64,000 bases of DNA, from IMG/VR virus record IMGVR_UViG_3300035208_006553, positions 1-64,000 of that record. One strand, 5' to 3'. This stretch comes from a virus. Lineage: Duplodnaviria; Caudoviricetes. The translations under genes and the position numbers were made by a program. The notes beneath the pieces are model-generated. The model did not search any database, was not told where the DNA came from, and was given only the letters and a program-made list of their open reading frames with translations. This document shows, piece after piece, positions 30,177-39,814 of this stretch (position 1 is the stretch's first letter; every line of letters begins with the position of its first letter).

Positions 30177-31681
30177 ACGTTTCAGAAGTTCAACATACAG
30201 ATAAAATTCCTTTATTAAAAGAAAAAGTAGTAATAAACTTTTCTCCAGTCTGGTGCACTATAGAAACAGATAATAGCCAAGAATTGCACGCTTTATTATA
30301 TGATAAGTTAGCTTATAAAGTTGAAGGGTTTTTTTATTCTGCTAAATATCAATGTGGAACATGGGATGGGTATAGTCGGTTATACAAACCAACAACACAT
30401 AAATTTAGAATAGGGATGTTACCTCGGGTTGTTGATCTATTACAACAAGCTCAATGTTATATTGAGCTTGAAAATTTTCCTAACATACAAAATAACAAGT
30501 TAGAAAGGTTTGTTTATAAGAATGCTGAAAACATAGATATAATATTACGAGATTATCAAATAAATGCTGCAAATGAAGCATTAAAAGTAAAGTATGGAAT
30601 TATACAAGCACCTCCTAGGAGCGGTAAGACAGTCATCACAGCTGCTATTATTGAGCATAACGGAGAATATCCAGTTAATTTCTTTATAAGAAGTAAGGAT
30701 TTAGCTTATCAAACTAAAAAGGTGTTTGACAATAATTTTAAGAGTGTTGGATTTATATGTGATGGTATTTGTGAAATAGGAGATGTGAATATTATAACTA
30801 TTCAAAGTGCTTATTCTGCTTTTAATAAGAAATACATAGATAAGACTATTCCAGAAGAACAGGAAGTTACTAAAAAGTTAGAGGTTAGAAATCTAATTAA
30901 GATTGCTAAAGGCGTCTTTGGAGACGAAATTCACCATATTGGAAGTGCTACAGGTCGTTTTATTTTTGATCGTTGTTTATCAGCAAATATGAAAATTGGA
31001 TTATCTGCTACACCTTTTTCAGATAAGGCTGAATCAATTTTGGTAGAGGAAACTGTAGGACCTGTAATTTTTCAGATTTCATATTCTGAATTGATAAAAG
31101 CAGGTTATTTAATGAAACCTTACATTTATCTTTACAAACTTCCTAAAAAGAATTTAGAAGGTGTATATAGATCAATTTACAAACAAGCTGTTATAGAAGA
31201 TGAATTTATAAATAAGTTAATTAAAGGATTAGTAAATATTTTAAATAGTAAAAATAAATCTATTGTAATACAAACAGAGTATGTACAACATAGTAAAGAT
31301 TTAGCAAAATATTTAGGTTGTGATTATTTAACCGGTAATGATAGTACAGAAAGAAGAAATGAAATAAAAACTAAATTAAACAATAAAGAAATTTTATGTT
31401 TAGTATCTACTTTGTATGAAGAAGGAATTGATTCACCAAGTCTTGATTACACGATGAATTTAGTAGGAGGTCTAGATAGTATAGGGGTGTTTCAAAAAAT
31501 GCGTTCTATAACAGCTCACGAGTCTAAAACTACAGTAGGTATTATTGATTTTATACATCAGTGTAAGTATTTAAAAAGACACTCTAAAAGGAGACTAGAT
31601 TTATATAATTCAGAACCTGAGTTTGTTGTTACTATAAGAGATGTTAGTAAAAAATCAATTGAAGAAATTTTTAATAAATAA
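30173..31681 (+). CDS. Superfamily 2 DNA helicase (UvsW/XPB-like)
   Basis: LRDYQ, APPRSGKT, DEIHH, GLSATP, EGID.P. Confidence 0.9.
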   Translation: MNVSEVQHTDKIPLLKEKVVINFSPVWCTIETDNSQELHALLYDKLAYKVEGFFYSAKYQCGTWDGYSRLYKPTTHKFRIGMLPRVVDLLQQAQCYIELENFPNIQNNKLERFVYKNAENIDIILRDYQINAANEALKVKYGIIQAPPRSGKTVITAAIIEHNGEYPVNFFIRSKDLAYQTKKVFDNNFKSVGFICDGICEIGDVNIITIQSAYSAFNKKYIDKTIPEEQEVTKKLEVRNLIKIAKGVFGDEIHHIGSATGRFIFDRCLSANMKIGLSATPFSDKAESILVEETVGPVIFQISYSELIKAGYLMKPYIYLYKLPKKNLEGVYRSIYKQAVIEDEFINKLIKGLVNILNSKNKSIVIQTEYVQHSKDLAKYLGCDYLTGNDSTERRNEIKTKLNNKEILCLVSTLYEEGIDSPSLDYTMNLVGGLDSIGVFQKMRSITAHESKTTVGIIDFIHQCKYLKRHSKRRLDLYNSEPEFVVTIRDVSKKSIEEIFNK

Positions 31682-31734
31682 TTTGATTAAACAAAAACGT
31701 AATGCTATAAATTAGTTCAATTTTAATATAGTTT

Positions 31735-31938
31735 TTGATGTATTATATGCTTATGAATGATAAAAAAGAATTATACAGAGGATTAGTAAATAAAGAATTA
31801 CGTTACACTCACGCGTCAAGCACACAACAAGCCTTATTACACATAAAACAGAAATGTAAGAAAGTATTCGGTATTTATAAAATTTCGGACCTAGAAAGAC
31901 AATTGGTAAATAAAAGTTGGACTAGAGTACCATTTTAG
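31735..31938 (+). CDS. Hypothetical protein
   Basis: ORF after promoter-like AATGCTATAA at 31701. Confidence 0.5.
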   Translation: MMYYMLMNDKKELYRGLVNKELRYTHASSTQQALLHIKQKCKKVFGIYKISDLERQLVNKSWTRVPF

Positions 31939-31944
31939 GTTAAA

Positions 31945-32367
31945 ATGCTAATCAGAATTAATAGTTTTTCTACTTTTAGAGATAATTTACAGAAGCAAAA
32001 TAAACCTGTTGAACAATGGTCTAATAAAGATTTTCTTCTTTATTTCTCTCAAAGATATAGATTGCTTACAGGTCAATCATTTAAGATACCAAGCGAAGCT
32101 TGGGTAGGCATGATGCATCGAATAAAGAGTATAAAAATTAAATTAAAGTTAAATAACAAAGACTATAAAGAATTTATTGATAAAGTTTTTGATAATTTTT
32201 TTAGTCGAATAAATTATGCACCTAATTTTGGTTCTATTGTAAGTGAGAAGGTGTTTTTCATTACAACAAAAATGAAAAAAGATATTAATTATTCTAATAA
32301 TGAATTTATACGTTTAAGAGATGAATTGTATACTAACAGTGAACTATTTAAAAATTTATTGTTATAA
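31945..32367 (+). CDS. Hypothetical helical protein, possible replication-initiation partner
   Basis: Position directly upstream of the DnaC-like gene; function is inference only. Confidence 0.4.
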   Translation: MLIRINSFSTFRDNLQKQNKPVEQWSNKDFLLYFSQRYRLLTGQSFKIPSEAWVGMMHRIKSIKIKLKLNNKDYKEFIDKVFDNFFSRINYAPNFGSIVSEKVFFITTKMKKDINYSNNEFIRLRDELYTNSELFKNLLL

Positions 32368-32370
32368 CAA

Positions 32371-33138
32371 ATGACCATTGATCGACAATCATTTTTAGTA
32401 ACTTGTGAAGAAGTAGAATCTCTTAAATTATCAACAATAGGTAAAGTATGTAATAACAAATGTGGTGGAAGAGGTGCTTTACTAATAAATTCAAATTTTT
32501 TAAATTGCGACTGTGTTGATGAGTTTGAAAGACAATTAAGATTATTACAATCTAATATTCCAAAGAAATATTGGGATTTCAATTTAGAAAATTTAACTAA
32601 AGAATATTCAGATAATAATAATATACCTTTAACTATTATAAAAAGTTACATTAGTAAAATTAAAGAAATGGCCGAAAAGGGTGTAGGGTTATACATACAA
32701 GGATCTTACGGGCTGGCTAAAAGTGCGTTGAGTTTTTATATACTAAAAGAAGCTATAAAAGAAAAAATAGTGTGTTATAGTATTAATATGTCACAGTTAA
32801 CGAACTTGTTTTATGATTTTAAAGATAGTAAGAACACAGATAGAATTGAATGGATTAAAGAGTATGTTCAGTTACTGGTTGTAGAGGAAATTGAAAAAGA
32901 TTACAATATAGAAAAATCTAATACTTATGCAGGGTCTTTAGTGAATGATTTTTTTAGAGTAATTTACGATAACAAAAAATCTTTAATTTTAACATCTAAT
33001 CTTCCAAAAAAGAAATTAAGAGAAGACAAAATTCATGCAGATAATGTTATAGATAGGTTTGAAGAGTTAGTAGATATTATTTTAGTAGGTAATTCGTTTC
33101 GTAAGCAAGATGAAAATTTGAAACAGATAATAGGTTAA
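32371..33138 (+). CDS. DnaC/IstB-like AAA+ helicase loader
   Basis: N-terminal Cys cluster (C..C.G.G..CDC), SNIP..Y, GSYGLAKS Walker A, LLVVEE Walker B, ILTSN, DRF, G.SFR. Confidence 0.8.
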   Translation: MTIDRQSFLVTCEEVESLKLSTIGKVCNNKCGGRGALLINSNFLNCDCVDEFERQLRLLQSNIPKKYWDFNLENLTKEYSDNNNIPLTIIKSYISKIKEMAEKGVGLYIQGSYGLAKSALSFYILKEAIKEKIVCYSINMSQLTNLFYDFKDSKNTDRIEWIKEYVQLLVVEEIEKDYNIEKSNTYAGSLVNDFFRVIYDNKKSLILTSNLPKKKLREDKIHADNVIDRFEELVDIILVGNSFRKQDENLKQIIG

Positions 33139-33142
33139 TAAA

Positions 33143-33382
33143 ATGGAAAGAAGAAATTGGGTTTCTAACGAAATGACAGAATTAAAAAGAAGATCTGGAA
33201 ATGTTCAAAGTGATGATAAATTTGTATCTTTTATTTATCAATTATTAAGAGACTATATAAATGTAGGTGATGTAGAACAATGTGTGCTCGATTCTACTGG
33301 ACCCGGCACTGAAAATGTTGTATTTACTAATGGTTATTTAGCAGAGTATGCTAAAGATATAGTTAAGAGATTAAATTTATAA
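33143..33382 (+). CDS. Hypothetical protein
   Basis: ORF between loader and helicase. Confidence 0.6.
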   Translation: MERRNWVSNEMTELKRRSGNVQSDDKFVSFIYQLLRDYINVGDVEQCVLDSTGPGTENVVFTNGYLAEYAKDIVKRLNL

Positions 33383-33383
33383 T

Positions 33384-34724
33384 ATGTCAATAGCTAAATT
33401 TCAAGATTCTCAAATAGAAAAATATTTGCTTGCTGCATGTCTTAAAGGACCTGAGTTTTGGAAAGACATTCCAGAAGCGTGGTTTGATGAAGATCTTCAT
33501 AAGAAAGCTTATGTAGAATTTAAATACTTTCTTAAACCTCCCTATTCTACTTACCCTACTCCAGATTTAGTTGTAGAAAAAACAGAAAATAATGATATTA
33601 AATTATTAGTTAAAGAATTGGAAGCAATTAATGTAACTCTAGGTGAAGTTAATATAAGAGCGCAAGATATGTTTAGTATGTTCTGCTCACGAAAAGTTTA
33701 TGACATTGCTAAAAGTTTACCTGGTGAGTTAACAAATAAAAAAATAAGTGACATAGTTAAAGATAAAATATCAATGTTGTCTGAATTAATGAACCCTTTT
33801 ACATTAGGTGCAACTGAAAGAGGATTTATTTATGATTCAGCTGTAGAAAGGTGGCTGAAATATAAAGGTATAGAACACGGAGATATAAAAAACACTGCAA
33901 TACCTTTTCATATAAATGATTTAGATAAACTCACTAATGGAGGTCTTCGTAAGTCTCATATGATGTTAATAGTAGCTGGCACAGGTGATTTTAAAACGGT
34001 TTCTAAAGTCAATTTAGCTTACAATTTTGCATTTTTAGAGAGAGTTGACACAATGGTATTAACTCTCGAAGTTCCAGGATCAGGGGATCAAAAAGATTAT
34101 CAAACAATGATCGATGCAAGACATTCTCTTCTTGAATTTTCTGATATAATTAACGGAAAATTAAATGTTAACAGGTCAATTTATAGAGAAAAATTAATAG
34201 ATATAGCTCAACAAAAATATCCATTATTTATTGTAGATATACCCGATCAGGCTACTTCAGCTGATGTAATAAAAGAATTAGAAATGTATTATGCTAAACA
34301 TTCAAAATATCCTGAAGTAGTAATTATAGATTACTTAAATGAAATGTTACCAGTGGGAAGTTATGATGGATCTACATCTGCTAAATTTAAACAACTCGGT
34401 TCAGAGTTAAGAGTAATTGCTAGAATGTACAATATACGAATTATTACCAGTATGCAACTAAATAGAGAAGGAAAGAAGATTAAAGAAGGAGAGAAAAGAG
34501 ATTTAGAAAATATAGGTGAATCACATTATGTATCTAATTCATTTCAAGTAATAGTTTTTTTACACAGAGATTCTAATGGAATAGATGAAGCTACCAATCA
34601 ATTACACTGGACAGTGCGTAAGAATAGGTATGGAAAGAAAAATGAAACGTTTACTACATTTGCTAATCCAGCTTTTTGCTATGTGGGAGATAGAAAAGTG
34701 ATATATGCCGGATTTGAACAATAA
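33384..34724 (+). CDS. dnaB: Replicative DnaB-like helicase
   Basis: LDKLTNGGL, AGTGDFKT, TLEV, IIDYL, QLNR, KNRYG. Confidence 0.88.
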   Translation: MSIAKFQDSQIEKYLLAACLKGPEFWKDIPEAWFDEDLHKKAYVEFKYFLKPPYSTYPTPDLVVEKTENNDIKLLVKELEAINVTLGEVNIRAQDMFSMFCSRKVYDIAKSLPGELTNKKISDIVKDKISMLSELMNPFTLGATERGFIYDSAVERWLKYKGIEHGDIKNTAIPFHINDLDKLTNGGLRKSHMMLIVAGTGDFKTVSKVNLAYNFAFLERVDTMVLTLEVPGSGDQKDYQTMIDARHSLLEFSDIINGKLNVNRSIYREKLIDIAQQKYPLFIVDIPDQATSADVIKELEMYYAKHSKYPEVVIIDYLNEMLPVGSYDGSTSAKFKQLGSELRVIARMYNIRIITSMQLNREGKKIKEGEKRDLENIGESHYVSNSFQVIVFLHRDSNGIDEATNQLHWTVRKNRYGKKNETFTTFANPAFCYVGDRKVIYAGFEQ

Positions 34725-34759
34725 CGAACAAAAAAGGTTTATAGATTTTTAGGAAAAGT

Positions 34760-35284
34760 ATGTTAGATTTTGATGTAAGAGAAATATTAGATAGGTATGG
34801 AATTAGTTATAAAACAATTCACGGAAGTACAGATTTATTTTATTATTGTCCATTTCATGTACACAGTGATGAAAATATGGGTAGTTCAAGAATTAACGAA
34901 GAAACAGGTATTTATAATTGTTTTGCTTGTAAAGAAGGAGGTAGTATATATAGATTAGTAAGCTTACTAGAAAAAGTATCGATTAATGAGGCATATCGTT
35001 TAATTAAGAATAATTTTAATATTCAGTCAGATTATAATTTAGATAAATTACAGCAAAAAACTGTTAAAGTAGTAAGTTTAAAAGCCTCACAAGTTAAGCT
35101 AGTAAATAGTATTGTCAATAAAATTTTAGAAAATTTAATTAATGTAGGAAAAAGAGATTTTATACATAAGTGGTTAATTATTTGTACTTATATAAAATCA
35201 ATTGTAGTTAGTGATTTAGAGAAAAAACAAAATGATATACTAAACATATACAGTGAATTTAACAAGGAGTTAAAAACGTTATGA
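34760..35284 (+). CDS. Stand-alone CHC2 primase zinc-binding domain protein
   Basis: CPFH...YNCFAC..GG followed by a helical tail; no TOPRIM domain. Confidence 0.82.
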   Translation: MLDFDVREILDRYGISYKTIHGSTDLFYYCPFHVHSDENMGSSRINEETGIYNCFACKEGGSIYRLVSLLEKVSINEAYRLIKNNFNIQSDYNLDKLQQKTVKVVSLKASQVKLVNSIVNKILENLINVGKRDFIHKWLIICTYIKSIVVSDLEKKQNDILNIYSEFNKELKTL

Positions 35285-36174
35285 CTCAAACATTGCCGGA
35301 TGTACAGAACAGAGAAGATCATAGAGGAATAGAACTTGACAGAGTAGGAGTTACAAATGTAAAGTTTCCTATAACTGTTTTACGTAAAGATGGAACTACT
35401 TCACCGGTTTCAGCAAAAGTAAAATTATTTGCTAACTTGCCAAAACTGGCTAAAGGGCATAATTTAAGTAGATTTTCAGAAGTATTAGTAGAGTTTGGAC
35501 CTAATCATAATTTATCTTCTAGTACAATGCTTCCATTCCTTGAAAGAATGCAAAATCATTTAGGTAGTAGAGATGTATATGCAAGATTTGAGTTTGACTA
35601 TTATATTGAAAAAACCGCTCCTGTAAGTAAGAAAAAAGCGCCTATGGCTTACGCATGTGCTTTTATAGGTATTAAAAAGAATGGAAGTTATTCTTTTATA
35701 TTAGAAGTAAATGTTACTGCAGCAAGTGTTTGTCCGTGTTCTAGAGAAATGAGTTTGTTAGAAAATCTTTCAGAAAAAGGCTTAAATGAAAAATATTCTA
35801 ATCTTACTTCTCCAGAAATTAAGTTGATTACGAATAAAGTAGGTATGGGTGCACATAATCAACGTTCCCAAATTAAAGTGGAAGTTTTAATTGATTTAAA
35901 TAGTACATTTTGGATAGAAGATTTAGTAGCAATGATTGAAGCACAAGCATCTGCTCCTACCTACCCTATTTTAAAAAGACCTGATGAGAAGAGTGTTACT
36001 GAAACCGGCTATAAGAATGCTAAATTTTCAGAAGATATAGCTCGCGATGTACAATTAGTTATTCAAAGTAGAAAAGAAGTATTAGCATGGGCTTTGAAAG
36101 TACAAAATGAAGAAAGCATACATCCTTTTGATGTGGTATCAAGTTCTAAATCTGATAATTGGAAATTTTATTAA
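35281..36174 (+). CDS. folE2: GTP cyclohydrolase IB
   Basis: LPDVQ, RVGV, KG..SRF, CPCS, GAHNQR, LKRPDE, F.ED..R, EESIH. Confidence 0.93.
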   Translation: MTQTLPDVQNREDHRGIELDRVGVTNVKFPITVLRKDGTTSPVSAKVKLFANLPKLAKGHNLSRFSEVLVEFGPNHNLSSSTMLPFLERMQNHLGSRDVYARFEFDYYIEKTAPVSKKKAPMAYACAFIGIKKNGSYSFILEVNVTAASVCPCSREMSLLENLSEKGLNEKYSNLTSPEIKLITNKVGMGAHNQRSQIKVEVLIDLNSTFWIEDLVAMIEAQASAPTYPILKRPDEKSVTETGYKNAKFSEDIARDVQLVIQSRKEVLAWALKVQNEESIHPFDVVSSSKSDNWKFY

Positions 36175-36341
36175 TAGTATATGTTTTATAAATGTAAAAG
36201 AAAGTAGTTAAAAGTTAACTTAAATACTGTAATTTTATGTTGAAAATAAAAGAATTTCATAGAAGATACTTCTTGATTTATTGTATCCTTTATTACATAT
36301 TGTAGTTGTAAGAATTATAAAAATAATCAGGAGAAAAAAAA

Positions 36342-36557
36342 ATGGATGCATCAACGCCCGCAATAAGCATAACAGAAAAATTAAATATTCTAGAACAAGA
36401 AGTAAAACAATTATTACAATGCACAGATAAGGCTGCAAAGAAAATTGTAAAAGTAATGGATTTGTATATTAGTCCTGATTTTTCAGAATCGGATGATGCT
36501 GAATTGACAAAAGAATATTTATGCGTTGCAAAACTGGCACATATAAAGTTAAATTAA
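36342..36557 (+). CDS. Hypothetical protein
   Basis: AGGAG ribosome-binding site upstream. Confidence 0.6.
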   Translation: MDASTPAISITEKLNILEQEVKQLLQCTDKAAKKIVKVMDLYISPDFSESDDAELTKEYLCVAKLAHIKLN

Positions 36558-36592
36558 TGTACAAATTATAAAAATTATTTAGGAGTATTCAA

Positions 36593-36898
36593 ATGAAATT
36601 CACTTACAAAAAAGACATTCCAACTGGCAGATTTAGAAGTTTTGAGTTAGAACATCATGACATTAAACTTAAAAAGAAAGTAATTGGACACATTTACGAA
36701 GATAGAGAATGTCATAAATTTCATATTCAAATAGCTGTTAATAAAAAGGACATAATTACATCTACTAATCCAAACTGTACCTGGAAATGGGTATTTTTGA
36801 AAAAGGAGTTTTCTTCTGCAAACGAAGCAAGAGAGTTTTTAGATAATAAGTGTGAAAGCATATGTTCTACATTTGATTTATATTATTTTGAAGAATAA
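36593..36898 (+). CDS. Hypothetical protein
   Basis: AGGAG ribosome-binding site upstream. Confidence 0.65.
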   Translation: MKFTYKKDIPTGRFRSFELEHHDIKLKKKVIGHIYEDRECHKFHIQIAVNKKDIITSTNPNCTWKWVFLKKEFSSANEAREFLDNKCESICSTFDLYYFEE

Positions 36899-36929
36899 AT
36901 ATTATATAAATAATTTCAGGAGAAACATA

Positions 36930-37574
36930 GTGAAAGATTATATTCTTATCTCAAAACAAATTGATCAATTTGCAACACAAGCATGTCGAATAATGACAAA
37001 AACAGAACGTGAAAAGTTTTTCAAAGATACCGATCAAAGAAGAACTTACCTCCACGGAAAAAATGCAGGAAAAGAACGTAAATTATATATTGTAGACGGG
37101 GTGTGGTTTAATGAGGTGTGGAAATTAGTTTACCCGTATGTTTTGACATCTTGTGCAAGATCAGTATATTATAACCCTGATGAGATTGCAGATGTGGTAT
37201 CTGAAATTAAATATTGGATGTTTAAAGGGTTGCAATTATACGGACCTGTATTTCACAGTAAAACGTTTTCTCAAAGAATGGGTGTAATTGTCAACATGAT
37301 ATTAACTAATGAACATAAAAAGAAATTGAAAAGACTTCAAATTCGTTCATTAGAAAGCATTAATGAAGATGGTGAAGTTGAACAAATAGAAATAAGAGAC
37401 AATCAAAGCAATATGGATCATATAGATTTCTGGTTAAGTATTCCTCAAAAGTTTGAAGTTATTGTGAAGCAATTAATTTCTGGTAACACACTGACAGAGA
37501 CAAGTAGAAATTGTAATATACCTCTTTCAGAGCTTAAAAATGAATTAAAATTTGTAGTTAGTAATGTTGAATGA
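36930..37574 (+). CDS. Divergent sigma-factor-like / HTH protein
   Basis: Likely GTG start at 36930 after AGGAGA; region-2-like helices, IRSLESINEDGE linker, C-terminal HTH (GNTLTETSRNCNIPLS). Confidence 0.5.
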   Translation: MKDYILISKQIDQFATQACRIMTKTEREKFFKDTDQRRTYLHGKNAGKERKLYIVDGVWFNEVWKLVYPYVLTSCARSVYYNPDEIADVVSEIKYWMFKGLQLYGPVFHSKTFSQRMGVIVNMILTNEHKKKLKRLQIRSLESINEDGEVEQIEIRDNQSNMDHIDFWLSIPQKFEVIVKQLISGNTLTETSRNCNIPLSELKNELKFVVSNVE

Positions 37575-37599
37575 AATACAGCAGTTCTACTCTAAACGT

Positions 37600-37609
37600 A
37601 ATGTATTAT
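37600..37609 (+). promoter_or_regulatory. Candidate promoter (AATGTATTAT)
   Basis: Intergenic variant of the recurrent AATGTATWAT motif; heads the run ending in GNAT-kinase-queF. Confidence 0.45.
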
Positions 37610-37629
37610 ATAATAAAAGGATACAATAA

Positions 37630-38172
37630 ATGGCAGATATTGATATAATTCACGCACGTGATTGTGAAATAGGAAAAACATATTTACTTGTTTTAGGCCC
37701 TTCGTCTGTTTACAAAATAACAATTAAAAGCATAGGTGAAATGGGAGTAGGTGTTGATGATGAAAGATATCCAGGTCAAACTAATACAGTTATATCAGGA
37801 GATACTAGTCTTATAGAATATGATGAAGTTTTTTACAGCGAAGCTAAAGGTAAACGAATTGTTAAAGCACCTAAAAATAAAGATGAAGAAAATAGTATTA
37901 AAAAGGAAGATAAAGTAATTTTGGTAAAGGTTAAAGGAGAAAAAATGTCACAAAACAAAAATCCGCGAAGTAAGACTATTGATAAAATGTTATCTGAAGT
38001 TCCAGAAAATACAGTACCTGACTGGAATTTAATAGTTGACGCAGTATTGAAAGAAAGTAAAGGTGATGAAAAAGATCGATCAAATATTATTTTTCAAGCT
38101 AAGATGAGACATAAATGGTACACTAAACAAGGAAAAGTTAACCCTTATTCAACTTTAAGTAAAGTCGAATAA
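37630..38172 (+). CDS. Hypothetical protein (possible internal start at 37945)
   Basis: AAGGA upstream; in-frame AAGGAG-N6-ATG at 37945. Confidence 0.6.
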   Translation: MADIDIIHARDCEIGKTYLLVLGPSSVYKITIKSIGEMGVGVDDERYPGQTNTVISGDTSLIEYDEVFYSEAKGKRIVKAPKNKDEENSIKKEDKVILVKVKGEKMSQNKNPRSKTIDKMLSEVPENTVPDWNLIVDAVLKESKGDEKDRSNIIFQAKMRHKWYTKQGKVNPYSTLSKVE

Positions 38173-38178
38173 GTAATT

Positions 38179-38649
38179 ATGTCTAAAATTAGATTAGCAA
38201 CTTTAGAAGATCTTTTAAGTTTAAGACAACTTATTCAAGAATCTTTTAAAGAAAGTATTCAAGTAACAGGTGAAGAACCTCTCGGATATGACGATGTTAT
38301 TAAACTTCAAAATCACATTTTAGATAGTCATTGTTATTTACTTGAAAATGAAGTTTCTAAAAAGAAAATAATTGTAGCTGGTTATATCTTTTATCCAACT
38401 TATCCAAAAAGTAAGAGAGTATACTATCTTTCACGAATTTTTGTACACCCTAGTTTTCAAAGTAGAGGTTTTGGTAAAGAGTTAGTAGAACATATGTTAA
38501 GTAATAAAAACGTAAAAGTATGGAAATTACATGCTGTCAGTTCTAATATTAATCTTAAAAAGTTCTACGAAAGTTTTGGATTTAAAAAAGTAAGTGAAGA
38601 AAAACCTCGGAATGTTGTATTATCTGTCTATCAAAAAGAGATGAAATGA
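38179..38649 (+). CDS. GNAT-family N-acetyltransferase
   Basis: IRLAT.ED, IFVHPSFQSRGFGKELV (acetyl-CoA motif A), N..KFYESFGF. Confidence 0.9.
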   Translation: MSKIRLATLEDLLSLRQLIQESFKESIQVTGEEPLGYDDVIKLQNHILDSHCYLLENEVSKKKIIVAGYIFYPTYPKSKRVYYLSRIFVHPSFQSRGFGKELVEHMLSNKNVKVWKLHAVSSNINLKKFYESFGFKKVSEEKPRNVVLSVYQKEMK

Positions 38650-39245
38650 AACCTATTTTAATTCAATTTACAGGTGCTCAGAGTACTGGTAAAACAACGT
38701 TAGTGAAAGAGTTGCAAAAATTGTATGGAGGAAAAGCGAGTTTTATAGGCGAGGCTTCTCGTACATTAAAAGCTAAAAAGGGAATAGCCGAGGTTGACGT
38801 GCAAGCCAATTCCGATATACAGATTATTCTTAATAGTGAGTTAATGTTACAATATATTGAGAAATTAGATAGTCATCCTAAATCAATAATAATAGCTGAA
38901 CGTACGCCTATATGCTGTCTAGCTTATGGTAGATATGTCAAGACAACAGATTCTCACATGTATATGTTAGAACAAACAGAGCGTTTAATTGTAGCACAGC
39001 AATTAAGATCCGATATTAAAACGTTAACTTTTTACTGTCCTCTTTTAGATTCTTTTGAAGAGGACGGGTTTCGTTATAAAGAATCTCAAGAAATGATTGA
39101 TCACATGATTAAGTCAATTTTAAATGAGTTCAATATTGTGCATTACATTTTACCTTTAACTTCAGTTAAACATAGAATTAAATTTGTTCAGAAAATAATA
39201 GAGGAAAATTTTTCATGGGTGATATTACAAGTCAAGAAGTTATAA
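38646..39245 (+). CDS. P-loop nucleotide/nucleoside kinase-like protein (AAA_28/NadR-like)
   Basis: FTGAQSTGKTT, GE.SR, ERTPI...AY, EEDGFR. Confidence 0.8.
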   Translation: MKPILIQFTGAQSTGKTTLVKELQKLYGGKASFIGEASRTLKAKKGIAEVDVQANSDIQIILNSELMLQYIEKLDSHPKSIIIAERTPICCLAYGRYVKTTDSHMYMLEQTERLIVAQQLRSDIKTLTFYCPLLDSFEEDGFRYKESQEMIDHMIKSILNEFNIVHYILPLTSVKHRIKFVQKIIEENFSWVILQVKKL

Positions 39246-39694
39246 AAGACTTAAAGAAATTAGGCAATCAAAATACAGAATACCCAATTGAACCTAATAT
39301 AAATATCTTAGAAACATTTAAGGCACCTTCTTTAAAACTCTTTACAGTGAAGTTTGTTCAAGAGCATAACGAATTTTCATCAATATGTCCGAAAAGTCAC
39401 CAACCAGATTTTGCGACAATCAAAATTTTATATTCACCAAGTAATGTTTGTATCGAAAGTAAATCATTGAAGTTATATTTATTTTCTTATCGAAATAGTA
39501 AAGGGTTTGGAGAACATATTACAAACAAGATAGCGGATGATTTACAAGCGGTATTAAATAGTCGCTGGTTAGTAGTTATAGGAGATTTCTCACCGAGAGG
39601 TGGATTGAGATGGGTTTCTAAGGTGATTAGAAATTCAGTAGATGTATGTGATTTATTTGATTACGAGAAATTAATGATTGCAGAATTTAATTAA
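39215..39694 (+). CDS. queF: NADPH-dependent preQ0 reductase (unimodular)
   Basis: EFSSICPKSHQPDFA (catalytic Cys), QueF motif ESKSLKLY, F.PRGG. Confidence 0.9.
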   Translation: MGDITSQEVIKDLKKLGNQNTEYPIEPNINILETFKAPSLKLFTVKFVQEHNEFSSICPKSHQPDFATIKILYSPSNVCIESKSLKLYLFSYRNSKGFGEHITNKIADDLQAVLNSRWLVVIGDFSPRGGLRWVSKVIRNSVDVCDLFDYEKLMIAEFN

Positions 39695-39725
39695 TCTAGA
39701 TTTTCTCCTGAGTCTAGGTTGATTT

Positions 39726-39776
39726 CCTGAGCGGGATTGATAAGAGTAAAATCAAGTCTTTTCCGCAAAGGTTTTT
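39726..39776 (+). terminator. Long hairpin plus T5 after queF (terminator or structured RNA)
   Basis: CCT-GA-GCGGGA...TTCCGC-AA-AGG with inner TTGAT/ATCAA, then TTTTT. Confidence 0.5.
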
Positions 39777-39777
39777 A

Positions 39778-39787
39778 AATGTATTAT
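39778..39787 (+). promoter_or_regulatory. Candidate promoter (AATGTATTAT) for the queC operon
   Basis: Recurrent intergenic motif. Confidence 0.45.
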
Positions 39788-39814
39788 AAGTAAAAAAAAA
39801 AATGAAAATAGTTT

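Noticed and set aside
39695-39776. preQ1-I riboswitch or hammerhead ribozyme
   Set aside because: No preQ1-I stem-loop plus A-rich tail arrangement and no CUGANGA/GAAA core; kept only as an unassigned structure.
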